DNA from: Candidatus Uhrbacteria bacterium CG10_big_fil_rev_8_21_14_0_10_50_16
GTDB taxonomy: Bacteria; Patescibacteriota; Patescibacteriia; UBA9934; UBA11717
DNA length: 64,000 bases
Direction of reading: 5' to 3'
NCBI GenBank assembly: GCA_002774875.1
Contig: PCYM01000001.1
Location: 1,096-65,095, forward strand
In this document: positions 29,873 to 39,792 of the stretch, piece by piece
Numbering within the stretch: the first letter of the stretch is position 1
How the letters are laid out: every line of letters starts with the position of its first letter
Notes under the pieces: model-generated
What the model was told of the DNA's origin: nothing
The model's input: only the letters and a program-made list of their open reading frames with translations
The model's database searches: none
Translations under genes and position numbers: made by a program

Positions 29873-31414
29873 ATGTTTGAAATTGTGACTGATTTTTCGT
29901 CTTTGCAACGCATGGCGGTGACGCGGCCCGACGTGCTACTTTTGTATATCCTGATGCCAATTGGCGCGTTACTTATTTTAACGACGATTGTATGGGTGAT
30001 TAAGCAATTGTATTTGGATAAAAAAGGAGGAGAATACGCCGCCGGACTTAAGTGGTCTGTTTTGGCAATCGACATTCCAATGAACATGCAGTCGCCAAAA
30101 GCGGTGGAAAACATCTTTGCGATTGTTAAGGGAACAAAGTCCGTGGTTACAAAGAAAGAGGAGTGGCTGCATGGGAAATTTCTCACGGCGACAAGTTTTG
30201 AAATCGTGAGTATCGATGGCTATACACAATTCTTTTTGCGCACGCAGGCGCGGTTCCGTGATCATTTGGAAGCCGGAATTTACTCGCAATATCCGGAGGC
30301 GGAGATTTCCGAGGTGGAGGATTATACAAAGAATATTCCAGGTGATTTTCCAAACGAGACACATGAAATGTTTGGAGGGGAGATTATTTTGGAGGAGCCG
30401 AGCTATTTGCCGATTCGTACTTACGAAGATTTTGAGCACATGGCGAGCAAGGATGAAAAACTCAAGGATCCACTCAATCAAATGTTTGAGTTCATGGGAA
30501 AGTTGCGACCAGGAGAGCAGTTCTGGGTTCATCTGATTGTGCACCCAGGTGGCGACGGCGGGTGGTCTAAAAAGGGAGAAGATTTTATTTTAAAAACCTA
30601 TGGACGAGATAAGCCGGAAGCGGTCTCCACGGGCTCTGTATTGTTAAAGTTGTTGTTCTCGCCATTTGGTTGGATCATCAAAGAAGCGGCAACACAACTA
30701 GGCGCAGGCGTTTTTGAAGCGGGAGAGGCTGCAAAGCCTGAACGTCCAATGTTTTTTGTGCCGACGAACACAGAAAAAACCCAGCTTGATGGTGTGACCA
30801 AAAAACTCGCAAAACCAGGGTATGAATGTAAGATTCGTTGGGCCTATGTGTCACGGCACGAGACGTACAATAAGGGTGGTCGTAACACGCTTTGGAAAGG
30901 GTACCTCGCATTGTTTACGCATCCAGCGATGAATAAGTTTAAATACGATGCAGACACCATGCCACGTGACGATTATTTTTGGATGATTTGGGAGTATCGA
31001 CGTAAGCAACGAGAACTCATGGAAGCCCTAAAGGGTCGTAGCTGGGGTCATGGAAGTACGCCAATGTATTTGAATGTGGAGGAATTAGCGACCCTGTGGC
31101 ACTTCCCAACAATCGAATCACATGCACCTCTTATGGCGCGTACGGAGTCTAAACGATCCGAGGCGCCAACCTATTTGCCAAAACCTGGCGTTGGGGAATC
31201 GGAAGATTTGCCATCTGAGGAGTTGATCGAGGTTGATGAGCAAGGAAGACCCGTTGCAAGACCTGTTGATGTCGGCGCAATTTACAATAACGATCTTGCG
31301 GATATTTTGCCCACCGAGCCCATGATTGAACCTGGAGATGAGAATCAACCTCGCGACACGGATGAGACCTATGGAGAGGAGCAACCGTTTATCCCGCCCA
31401 ACCTTCCTGTGTAA
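29873..31414 (+). CDS. hypothetical protein with a single N-terminal TM anchor and a large soluble domain of unknown function
   Basis: The hydrophobic segment is LLLYILMPIGALLILTTIVWVI. The roughly 470 aa soluble part carries no motif I recognise, and its C-terminus is acidic. The gene lies 33 nt upstream of the T4CP-like ATPase on the same strand. Confidence 0.5.
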   Translation: MFEIVTDFSSLQRMAVTRPDVLLLYILMPIGALLILTTIVWVIKQLYLDKKGGEYAAGLKWSVLAIDIPMNMQSPKAVENIFAIVKGTKSVVTKKEEWLHGKFLTATSFEIVSIDGYTQFFLRTQARFRDHLEAGIYSQYPEAEISEVEDYTKNIPGDFPNETHEMFGGEIILEEPSYLPIRTYEDFEHMASKDEKLKDPLNQMFEFMGKLRPGEQFWVHLIVHPGGDGGWSKKGEDFILKTYGRDKPEAVSTGSVLLKLLFSPFGWIIKEAATQLGAGVFEAGEAAKPERPMFFVPTNTEKTQLDGVTKKLAKPGYECKIRWAYVSRHETYNKGGRNTLWKGYLALFTHPAMNKFKYDADTMPRDDYFWMIWEYRRKQRELMEALKGRSWGHGSTPMYLNVEELATLWHFPTIESHAPLMARTESKRSEAPTYLPKPGVGESEDLPSEELIEVDEQGRPVARPVDVGAIYNNDLADILPTEPMIEPGDENQPRDTDETYGEEQPFIPPNLPV

Positions 31415-31447
31415 TTATTGACCGCACGTCCTTAACCGTCTACCTCT

Positions 31448-33535
31448 ATGGCTCGTATCCACGACCATGAAAATGAAATCACCTACTTCGCTAAAACCAA
31501 CTTTCGACAAGGTGGTCAGAAGTTTGGGATTAAAACGGACGATCGACGCCGGCACATGTATATTGTTGGAAAAACCGGTGCTGGTAAAACAACACTTTTG
31601 GAGAACATGGTGTTGCAAGACATTTATAACGGGCACGGGATTTGCTATGTGGATCCGCATGGAGATACGGTGGAGCGTATTCTTGATTTTATTCCAAGCT
31701 GGCGTTTGAATGATGTTGTGTACTTTAACCCGGCGGATTTGGATTTTCCGGTTGGGTTTAACGTGTTAGATGAAGTGTCTGGAAGCCACAAACATCTTGT
31801 CGCCTCTGGTTTGATGAGTGTGTTTAAGAAGATTTGGGAGAACATGTGGTCGGCTCGTATGGAGTATATTCTGGGCAATACGATTTTAGCCTTGTTGGAT
31901 ACCCCAGGCTCTACGTTGTTGGGTATTAACCGTATGTATTCCGATCCGGACTATCGAAGGTCCATTATTGAAAATATCAAGGACCCTGTGGTCAAACAGT
32001 TCTGGGTCATGGAGTATGCGGCATATTCAGAGAAATTTGCAACAGAGGCGGTGGCGGCCGTGCAAAACAAGGTAGGTCAGTTTTTGTCGTCCGACGTGAT
32101 TCGCAATATCGTTGCACAGGTTAAATCGACGATTGACGTGCGAGAAATCATGGATTCGCAGAAAATTTTGCTGGTCAACTTGTCTAAGGGGCGTATTGGA
32201 GAGGATAATTCGCGTTTGCTTGGCGGAATGTTGATCAATAAGGTACAGCTAGCGGCCATGGAACGTGTGGACATGCCAGAGAAAGATCGAAAAGATTTCT
32301 ATTTGTACGTAGATGAGTTTCAAAACTTTGCAACGGAATCATTCGCCGGAATTTTGTCCGAGGCGCGTAAATATCGACTCAATCTAATCGTCGCACACCA
32401 ATATATTGCACAGTTAACGGAGGAGGTACGAGATGCCGTGTTGGGTAACGTTGGCACGATGACGGTGTTTCGTGTGGGTGCACCAGACGCGCAGGAGCTA
32501 GAGACAGAATTCATGCCACGATTTACGCCGGAGGATATTATTAACCTGCCAAAATACCAAGTGTATTTAAAATTGATGATCGACGGAATGGCGTCTCCTC
32601 CATTCTCTGCGACCACGCTTCCGCCGATCGCACAGAATACGGGATCAGAAGCAAAAGTTATACGGATGAGTCGTGAGCGTTATTCGGCTGATCGGTCTGA
32701 GGTGGAGGCTGGTGTGATTAAATGGACTGGTTTGGAGGATGCAGATATTGATCAACTCATGGACCAGGCAAAGGCAAAAGGGTCCGGAAATCAGGCGAAG
32801 GTCAAACATAAATACAAATGTTCTTGGACAGGAAAAGAGTTTTCGATTCCAGTGAAGTTGGATCGCGGACGGCCAATTTACAGTGAGGAAGGAAAAGAGA
32901 TGGTGCGAGCGGCCAAGAAGGACGGTACATACGATCCTCGCAAGGATATTATTTACAGTGATACTCTGGAGCCCATCGGATCGGTTGCAGAATTGGGAAC
33001 GGATGGTTTGTGGGCGGTACGCAATGAGGAAGGGGACATTATTGGTCGCAAAGATGAGGATAGTACAAAACGCGATCGTAGGGCGGCTAAGGAGACCGAA
33101 AAACAGGAGTTAGAAGTAAAACTTGCTAAGGCGCGTGAGGAAATGAAGGAGTCTGGAGCACCAGCGGCGAGTGTAGAGGTAGCACCGACTCCAAAACCTG
33201 CAAACGTAGAGTCTCCAAAAGTGGAGCGTCCTGCACCGCGCCTACAGGAAGAGGTAAAGTCTGTCGTTGGGGCCTCGTTGAATGTTCTCAAGCAAGAAGG
33301 TGAGCGGCGTGAGGGCGAGAAGCGTAAACGCAGAAGGAAAAAGCCAACACAAGATGGAGGAGGCGATCGTGGAGGTTCTCGATCACGTTCCAATCCATCG
33401 AGGTCGACAGACACACCCAGAGATCAGCAACCCGTCATACGACAGCCGGCTGCAGATGTTCAACCAAAAACAGAGCCAGATACAAAGGCAAGGCCTATTA
33501 AACCTGGTGAGATGATCACGTTTGGGGAGGAATAA
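31448..33535 (+). CDS. type IV coupling protein (VirD4/TraG/TraD)-like P-loop ATPase, lacking a TM anchor, with a long KE/RGG-rich low-complexity tail
   Basis: It has Walker A (YIVGKTGAGKTT), a DEF-type Walker B (FYLYVDEFQNFAT), and a conserved LIVAHQYIAQL block as in T4CP NTP-binding domains. The C-terminal 260 aa are Lys/Glu/Arg/Gly-rich. Confidence 0.6.
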   Translation: MARIHDHENEITYFAKTNFRQGGQKFGIKTDDRRRHMYIVGKTGAGKTTLLENMVLQDIYNGHGICYVDPHGDTVERILDFIPSWRLNDVVYFNPADLDFPVGFNVLDEVSGSHKHLVASGLMSVFKKIWENMWSARMEYILGNTILALLDTPGSTLLGINRMYSDPDYRRSIIENIKDPVVKQFWVMEYAAYSEKFATEAVAAVQNKVGQFLSSDVIRNIVAQVKSTIDVREIMDSQKILLVNLSKGRIGEDNSRLLGGMLINKVQLAAMERVDMPEKDRKDFYLYVDEFQNFATESFAGILSEARKYRLNLIVAHQYIAQLTEEVRDAVLGNVGTMTVFRVGAPDAQELETEFMPRFTPEDIINLPKYQVYLKLMIDGMASPPFSATTLPPIAQNTGSEAKVIRMSRERYSADRSEVEAGVIKWTGLEDADIDQLMDQAKAKGSGNQAKVKHKYKCSWTGKEFSIPVKLDRGRPIYSEEGKEMVRAAKKDGTYDPRKDIIYSDTLEPIGSVAELGTDGLWAVRNEEGDIIGRKDEDSTKRDRRAAKETEKQELEVKLAKAREEMKESGAPAASVEVAPTPKPANVESPKVERPAPRLQEEVKSVVGASLNVLKQEGERREGEKRKRRRKKPTQDGGGDRGGSRSRSNPSRSTDTPRDQQPVIRQPAADVQPKTEPDTKARPIKPGEMITFGEE

Positions 33536-33588
33536 CTCGTCGGTTGCACCTTGATTCATAAGGGTAACCGTGCTAGGTTGGCAACGAT

Positions 33589-34671
33589 ATGCAGGACTCC
33601 CCCAGGAAAATCTTAGTGGCAATGAGCGGTGGCGTCGATTCGTCGGTGGCCGCTGCGTTGCTTTTGGAACAGGGGCATGAGGTGGTGGGGGCGTTTATGA
33701 AAAATTGGAGCGGATGTGATTGGGAGACGGACAAACGAGATGCACAGCGTGTGGCGGCAGGTCTGGGAATTGATTTTTATGTCTACGACTTTGAGAAAGA
33801 ATACCGGGAGCGTGTGTATGAATACATGATTGCCGAGTATGCGGCAGGCCGCACACCAAATCCGGATGTGATGTGTAACCGTGAGGTAAAGTTTGACTTA
33901 CTTATGAATGTGGCAGACGCGTTGGGATGTAGTCAGCTGGCAACTGGCCATTATGCACGCATTCGCACGGAGGGGGAGACTATTGAATTATTAAAGGGTG
34001 TTGATTCCAATAAAGATCAATCGTATTTTTTATGTCGGTTGGGTCAGAAGGAATTGCGTCGAGCCGTATTCCCTGTGGGCGAGCTCACCAAATCGGAGGT
34101 GCGCCGCATTGCGCAGAAATATCACCTTGCAACTGCGGAGAAAAAAGATAGCCAGGGGCTTTGTTTTGTTGGGATGGTGGATATGCAAACGTTTTTAAAG
34201 GAGCGAATCCCTACGCAGACGGGACCGATTGTGACCACAGACGGAGAGGTGATTGGAGAACATGAAGGGATTCAATACTATACGATTGGGCAGCGACATG
34301 GATTGGGTGTTGGTGGCGGTGAGCCGTGGTATGTGGTGGATCGACGATTGGAGACGAATGAATTGGTAGTGGGACATGAGGACGATCCGGCGTTGCTCGC
34401 ACGAGAGATTCATGCGATGGATGTCCATTGGGTTTCTGGGGCAGAGCCGGTGTTTCCAGTTATCTGCCAGGCAAAAATTCGCTATCGGCAAGAGGATCAG
34501 TTGTGCACGGTTACGCCGATACAAGGAGATTACGTAGATGAGAAGGGGAATGTGGATCGGCAGGCGACGTTAAACATTCAATTTGATCAAGCACAGCGGG
34601 CTGTGGCACCGGGGCAGTTTGTTGTTTTTTACCACCAAGACGTCCTCATTGGCAGCGCGGTGGCTGTGTAA
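33589..34671 (+). CDS. mnmA: tRNA-specific 2-thiouridylase
   Basis: The PP-loop (KILVAMSGGVDSSVAA) and the rest of the MnmA architecture are present. Confidence 0.85.
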   Translation: MQDSPRKILVAMSGGVDSSVAAALLLEQGHEVVGAFMKNWSGCDWETDKRDAQRVAAGLGIDFYVYDFEKEYRERVYEYMIAEYAAGRTPNPDVMCNREVKFDLLMNVADALGCSQLATGHYARIRTEGETIELLKGVDSNKDQSYFLCRLGQKELRRAVFPVGELTKSEVRRIAQKYHLATAEKKDSQGLCFVGMVDMQTFLKERIPTQTGPIVTTDGEVIGEHEGIQYYTIGQRHGLGVGGGEPWYVVDRRLETNELVVGHEDDPALLAREIHAMDVHWVSGAEPVFPVICQAKIRYRQEDQLCTVTPIQGDYVDEKGNVDRQATLNIQFDQAQRAVAPGQFVVFYHQDVLIGSAVAV

Positions 34672-35090
34672 TAACAGTACAATTACACGAGATAGGAAAT
34701 AAAAACACCAAGAGCGGCACCCGAAGGCCCGCTCAAGAGGAGGTGTGGAACGCTCGTCACCTGCTAAACTATCACCAAAAAAGCACTTATCCCGGTATAT
34801 TGGGCCGGGTACCCTATGTGATTTTGTCAATTTATATGTCCGTCTCTCGCTGGCCCCTTGGGGACATGGAGACAATTGCCGAGCGGGCACAAACGCGCCA
34901 AAGCTCGGGAAGACAGGTGCGAGGGTGGTTGTTCCAAGACCACCACGAGCGTTCCACGAAGAAAGACTATCAAAAAGTCCTCATATTGTCAATAGTTTGC
35001 CTCTTTGGAGGAAATTGGAAAAGGAAGAGAATGAAGTACAGGGTAAATACTCGACAAATAGGGGAAATAGCGCTAGTATCGGGTTATTCT

Positions 35091-36884
35091 ATGGATCAAT
35101 CACACATCCGCAACTTTTGCATTATCGCCCATATTGACCACGGAAAGTCGACCCTCGCGGATCGGCTTTTAGAGTTAACGGGCACATTGGACAAACGACA
35201 GCTCAAAGAACAGACCCTGGACACCATGGACTTGGAGCGAGAGCGGGGGATTACCATTAAGTTACAACCGGCTCGGATGAAGCACACCAAAGATGGTGTG
35301 GAGTACACGTTGAATCTCATTGACACACCGGGGCATGTGGATTTTGCTTACGAGGTTTCTCGATCGCTTGCCGCTGTGGAGGGATGTATTTTGTTGGTCG
35401 ATGCCACACAGGGTGTGCAGGCGCAAACACTTGCAAACTTATATATGGCAATTGAGGCGGGGTTGGAGGTGATTCCGGTGCTCAATAAAATCGACTTGCC
35501 GGCGGCAGACGTGGCAAGTCGTAGCGAGGAACTGAAACAACTCATTGGCTGCACACGAGAAGATATTTTGACAGTCTCCGGAAAAACAGGTGAGGGCGTT
35601 GCAGCGCTGTTGGATCGCCTGGTGGAGAAGGTGCCTATGCCCAAAGGTGACACAAACGCCGAACCACGCGCGATGATTTTTGATTCGTTCTACGACGATT
35701 ATCAAGGCGTGGTGGCCTACGTGCGTGTGGTGGATGGCGCCTTTAAAAAAGGACAGCAAATGAAGATGGTTGCCACAGAAGTTGTGACGCCGATTGCAGA
35801 GCTTGGACACATTTCTCCACAACGTATCCCTGACGCCGACCTCACGACGGGGCAAATTGGCTATATAGTAACTGGGTTAAAAGATATTGTGAGCTGTCGC
35901 GTTGGAGATACGATCACCTTGCCGGGTACGCACGTAACGCCGTTGCCGGGTTACAAAGAGGTGCGACCAATGGTGTTTGCTGGTATTTTTCCGCGCGATG
36001 GAGGTGATGTTACGGAATTGCGTGAGGGTATGGAAAAGTTGCAGTTGTCCGATGCGTCTCTTACAGTGGAGCCGGAGCAATCTGGGGCGCTTGGTGTTGG
36101 ATTCCGTTGTGGTTTGCTTGGCATGTTGCATTTGGAAATTGTGCAGGAACGCCTCATGCGGGAGTCGGATGTGGACGTGGTGGTTACAACGCCGAGTGTG
36201 CGATACCGTGTGCAAAAATCCAATGGTGAGGAACTGATTATTAAGAGTCCGCTCGATCTTCCGGATCCAAGTCAGATTGCACAGGTTTTTGAGCCTTGGG
36301 CGCGTGTGGATATTGTGGTGCCAACGGAGCGCATTGGAGCCGTCATGGCGCTTGTGCAGGACAGACGTGGAATTTACAAAACCACGGAATACCTGGATCA
36401 GCACCGAGCGCTTTTGCATTACGAAATGGCGTTGTCGGCGGTGATTGTAGATTTTTATGATGCGCTTAAAACGGCAACGAGTGGCTACGGATCCATGAGC
36501 TACGAGGCGTTTGACGAGCGTCCGGCAGATGTGGTGCGTATGGATATTTTTGTGGCGGAAGACCCTGTGGAGGCGCTTTCCACACTAGTGTATCGAGATC
36601 AAGCGCATGAGGTTGGAAAGAAAATTATTCATACACTTAAAAATGAGATACCACGTCAGCAGTTTGTGATAAAATTGCAGGCGATGATAGGAGGTGCCAT
36701 TATTGCAGGGGATCGTATTTCGGCCATGCGTAAAGACGTGACGGCCAAGCTTTATGGCGGAGACGTCACGCGAAAACGTAAATTGCTCGAGAAACAAAAA
36801 AAGGGAAAGAAGAAAATGGCTGCCTTGGGACATGGAAAAGTGGAAATCCCCGCCAGTGCCTATTTAAAAGTATTAAAGCGATAA
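35091..36884 (+). CDS. lepA: elongation factor 4 (LepA)
   Basis: IRNFCIIAHIDHGKSTLADRL is the G1 motif, and the DTPGHVDF and LepA-specific C-terminal domains follow. The start is at MDQSHIRNF. The track ORF extends in-frame upstream to 34743, and I judge that part to be non-coding leader. Confidence 0.85.
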   Translation: MDQSHIRNFCIIAHIDHGKSTLADRLLELTGTLDKRQLKEQTLDTMDLERERGITIKLQPARMKHTKDGVEYTLNLIDTPGHVDFAYEVSRSLAAVEGCILLVDATQGVQAQTLANLYMAIEAGLEVIPVLNKIDLPAADVASRSEELKQLIGCTREDILTVSGKTGEGVAALLDRLVEKVPMPKGDTNAEPRAMIFDSFYDDYQGVVAYVRVVDGAFKKGQQMKMVATEVVTPIAELGHISPQRIPDADLTTGQIGYIVTGLKDIVSCRVGDTITLPGTHVTPLPGYKEVRPMVFAGIFPRDGGDVTELREGMEKLQLSDASLTVEPEQSGALGVGFRCGLLGMLHLEIVQERLMRESDVDVVVTTPSVRYRVQKSNGEELIIKSPLDLPDPSQIAQVFEPWARVDIVVPTERIGAVMALVQDRRGIYKTTEYLDQHRALLHYEMALSAVIVDFYDALKTATSGYGSMSYEAFDERPADVVRMDIFVAEDPVEALSTLVYRDQAHEVGKKIIHTLKNEIPRQQFVIKLQAMIGGAIIAGDRISAMRKDVTAKLYGGDVTRKRKLLEKQKKGKKKMAALGHGKVEIPASAYLKVLKR

Positions 36885-36886
36885 GT

Positions 36887-37396
36887 ATGTCTTATTGGAT
36901 AAGTCGATCATTTCTATATTCGATCGTTATTTTGCTTGTCGTGCTGGGTATTGGTTGTGTGTTCCAAGTTGTGGATACGGGCAATGATCTCACGGATCTA
37001 TCGGTGATTACGGATCCCCCTCTACAAGGAACTTCTGATCAAATAACGGGTGTTCTGGTGAACATTGGCTTTAGTGGAACAGAAATTGGATGTGATCTTG
37101 CAGAGTCGGACCCAGTGGGAACACGCCGTTCTTGCAATACGGGTGTTGTGCATCTTGGGTTAGAGGAGTCTACGGGTCGCGTGGTTGATTTGGACGGAGT
37201 GAGTTGCTCTGGACAGGAAGTATTGGTACGTACAGAAGAAGGTGTACAAATGGAGTATGAGACTACAAATTGCGCCTATCAAATTGGTGACCGCTATCAG
37301 GTTGAGGGTAAAATGGGTCAATTATTGGATCAATGGGACCACGGAACGCAAGTAGAAGAATACATTATGTATAATCCTATAATAACCTCATTGTAA
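36887..37396 (+). CDS. hypothetical lipoprotein
   Basis: The signal peptide has a lipobox (VVLGIGC), and the mature domain is Cys-containing. Confidence 0.4.
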   Translation: MSYWISRSFLYSIVILLVVLGIGCVFQVVDTGNDLTDLSVITDPPLQGTSDQITGVLVNIGFSGTEIGCDLAESDPVGTRRSCNTGVVHLGLEESTGRVVDLDGVSCSGQEVLVRTEEGVQMEYETTNCAYQIGDRYQVEGKMGQLLDQWDHGTQVEEYIMYNPIITSL

Positions 37397-37528
37397 TATG
37401 TACAAAAGCAAGTGGCTTAAGCGCGTGTTTGCTATCATCTCTTTTGTTGTGATTTTAAGCATGGTTGGATTTACCATCGCGATTGGATTTTAGTAGGGTG
37501 GGTGTGGCTTAGTTGTGAATGATTTTGT

Positions 37529-39271
37529 ATGAAGAAACAAACAGCGACGTGGAATCTTCATACGCCGGTGGAGGAAGATGCCTTGCGACAATTTCCAGAA
37601 TTGGATCCCGTGTTGATGCAATTATTGTGGAATCGTGGTATCCGATCACAAGAGGAAATTTATGCGTTTTTTAATCCTGATTATGGAACCGATCTCCATG
37701 ATCCGTTTTTGTTTCGACAAATGAAGAGTGTCGTAAAGCGTATTTACCAGGCGTTGGAGAAAGGGGAAACGATTGTGATTCACGGAGATTATGATGCAGA
37801 CGGGATCTGTGGAACGGCCGTACTCGTGACAGCCATTAAAGAAATTTGTCGTCGTACGGGTATAAAGGCATTTGAGGAGGAGCGGGTACGTTGGTATCTA
37901 CCATCGCGAGAAGGAGATGGGTACGGAATGAGCTACGCAGCGGTAGAGACGTTTAAGGAGATGGAGGTGAACCTTATTATTACGGTTGATTGCGGGATTG
38001 CAAACGTGGATGAGATTGCGCTTGCGTATGCCTTTGGAATGGAGGTGATTGTGGTGGATCATCACCAGTTACCGCAAACCTGTTCTGAGCTTGCGCTCAC
38101 GGTGCACCCGTTGGTGCCAGGAGAAACTTATCCATTCAAGAAACTCGCGGCGGTGGGCGTGGCCTTTAAGGTTGCCTGCGCACTTTATGCGCACGGAAGA
38201 TCCAGGAAGGCGCCAATTCCTTTGGGGTTAGAAAAATGGTTGCTGGATCTTGTGTCCATCGCAACGGTCACAGATATGGTTCCATTGACGGGCGAAAATC
38301 GTTTATTGGAGACGTATGGATTAATGGTGCTAAATAAAAGTAAACGTGTTGGATTGCTTGCGCTCATGAACGCCGCAGGGCTGACACAGGGGAAGCTTAC
38401 GACCACGGATATTGGATTTAGAATTGGGCCAAGACTTAATGCAGCTGGCAGAATTGCAAAGGCAGACGTGGCATTGGAACTTATGCTCGAGGAAGACGAG
38501 TCGCGTGCAGACGCATTGGCAGAACAGCTGAATCAAATCAATACCGAGCGACAAAAGCTTACAGAACAGTCCACAAAGCGTGCCTTGGAGATGGTGGACA
38601 CCGAGGCCGCATTTATTGCGGTTGTGGATCATGAAACACGCGTAGGCGTTGCAGGACTTGTCGCTGGAAAGCTTGCGCAACAGCTTGGAAAGCCGTCGGT
38701 GGTCATGACACGCGTAGGTGTGCATGTGGTGGGATCGGGTCGTGCGCCCTCGGGGTTCCAATTTGTGCAGGCGATGGATACGTGTCGAGAACTCATGGTA
38801 GGGGGTGGAGGACATCCGGAGGCGTGTGGATTTACGCTTTTGGAACCGCAGATTTCCGCGTGGGTGAAGGCGATGAACATATTTGCAGCCGAACATGCAA
38901 CGGACGACGCAGGGAAAACAATCTTGGACGTGGACGCAGAGTTGGAGCTATCGGATGTTACCTGGGAACTTGTTGAGCGTGTGTCTGCCATGGAACCACA
39001 CGGTATGGGCAATCCAACGCCAACGTTTTTGGCTTCTGGTGTGCAGGTGATCGCGGCAGAAACGGTCGGTAAAACACAATCACATTTACGATTAAGTGTC
39101 GCCACAAGCACTCGCAGTATTAGGTCCTGTATTGGGTTTGGATGGGGATGGTTGGCGGAAGACCTGACGATGGGTGATACAATAGACTTGGTTTATGAGA
39201 TTGGCGTCAATGAATGGAATGGGAATCGAGAGATTCAACTACAGATCGTGGACATTCAAAAGGTGTCATGA
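37529..39271 (+). CDS. recJ: single-stranded-DNA-specific exonuclease RecJ
   Basis: DHH motifs are present (VIHGDYDADGICG, DHHQ), along with a DHHA1 region and an OB-fold C-terminus. Confidence 0.85.
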   Translation: MKKQTATWNLHTPVEEDALRQFPELDPVLMQLLWNRGIRSQEEIYAFFNPDYGTDLHDPFLFRQMKSVVKRIYQALEKGETIVIHGDYDADGICGTAVLVTAIKEICRRTGIKAFEEERVRWYLPSREGDGYGMSYAAVETFKEMEVNLIITVDCGIANVDEIALAYAFGMEVIVVDHHQLPQTCSELALTVHPLVPGETYPFKKLAAVGVAFKVACALYAHGRSRKAPIPLGLEKWLLDLVSIATVTDMVPLTGENRLLETYGLMVLNKSKRVGLLALMNAAGLTQGKLTTTDIGFRIGPRLNAAGRIAKADVALELMLEEDESRADALAEQLNQINTERQKLTEQSTKRALEMVDTEAAFIAVVDHETRVGVAGLVAGKLAQQLGKPSVVMTRVGVHVVGSGRAPSGFQFVQAMDTCRELMVGGGGHPEACGFTLLEPQISAWVKAMNIFAAEHATDDAGKTILDVDAELELSDVTWELVERVSAMEPHGMGNPTPTFLASGVQVIAAETVGKTQSHLRLSVATSTRSIRSCIGFGWGWLAEDLTMGDTIDLVYEIGVNEWNGNREIQLQIVDIQKVS

Positions 39272-39312
39272 GGTTGTTGATCCAATAATTTTGATCATTG
39301 GTAAACGTTTGT

Positions 39313-39717
39313 ATGCATGCATTATTGTTCACTGATGGAGGATCACGTGGAAACCCAGGACCAGCTGGGTCTGGTGCTGTTTTGTTTGATGAGAACAAAG
39401 AGGTGATAGACGAGGCGATGTTGTATTTAGGAACGGAGACCAATAACGTTGCAGAATACACGGCGATTATTATTGGATTAGAGTTGGCACTCGCGCACGG
39501 CGTAACGACGCTCGATTCCTATATGGACTCAGAGCTTGCCGTCAAACAATTAAATGGTCAGTATCGCGTCAAAAATCCAGGTCTTGCAAAATTGTGGATT
39601 CAGGTACGCGAGTTGGCGTCTAAGTTTGAACGCGTTCGATTTACCCATGTGCGGCGCGAGCAGAATACGCACGCCGATGCACTTGTCAACAAGGTCCTAG
39701 ACCAACACACGCGATAA
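39313..39717 (+). CDS. rnhA: ribonuclease HI
   Basis: FTDGGSRGNPGPAG and the TNNVAEY / HADAL catalytic residue pattern match RNase H type 1. Confidence 0.8.
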   Translation: MHALLFTDGGSRGNPGPAGSGAVLFDENKEVIDEAMLYLGTETNNVAEYTAIIIGLELALAHGVTTLDSYMDSELAVKQLNGQYRVKNPGLAKLWIQVRELASKFERVRFTHVRREQNTHADALVNKVLDQHTR

Positions 39718-39792
39718 TTTGATAGAATGAGAGGGTTACATAGGCGACGTGTAAGGAAATGTTGACGTTCGTATCCTCAGTGAATATCAAAC

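Noticed and set aside
35877-36419. 180 aa minus-strand ORF inside lepA, and the 34743..35090 in-frame N-terminal extension of lepA
   Set aside because: The first is antisense to a strongly supported GTPase frame. The extension peptide has no resemblance to LepA N-termini and the canonical start (MDQSHIRNF...IIAHIDHGKST) is at 35091.
37397-37492. 31-codon ORF (MYKSKWLKRVFAIISFVVILSMVGFTIAIGF) between the lipoprotein gene and recJ
   Set aside because: It is a plausible single-TM micro-protein, but it is too short to support without expression or conservation data, so it is not listed as a feature.
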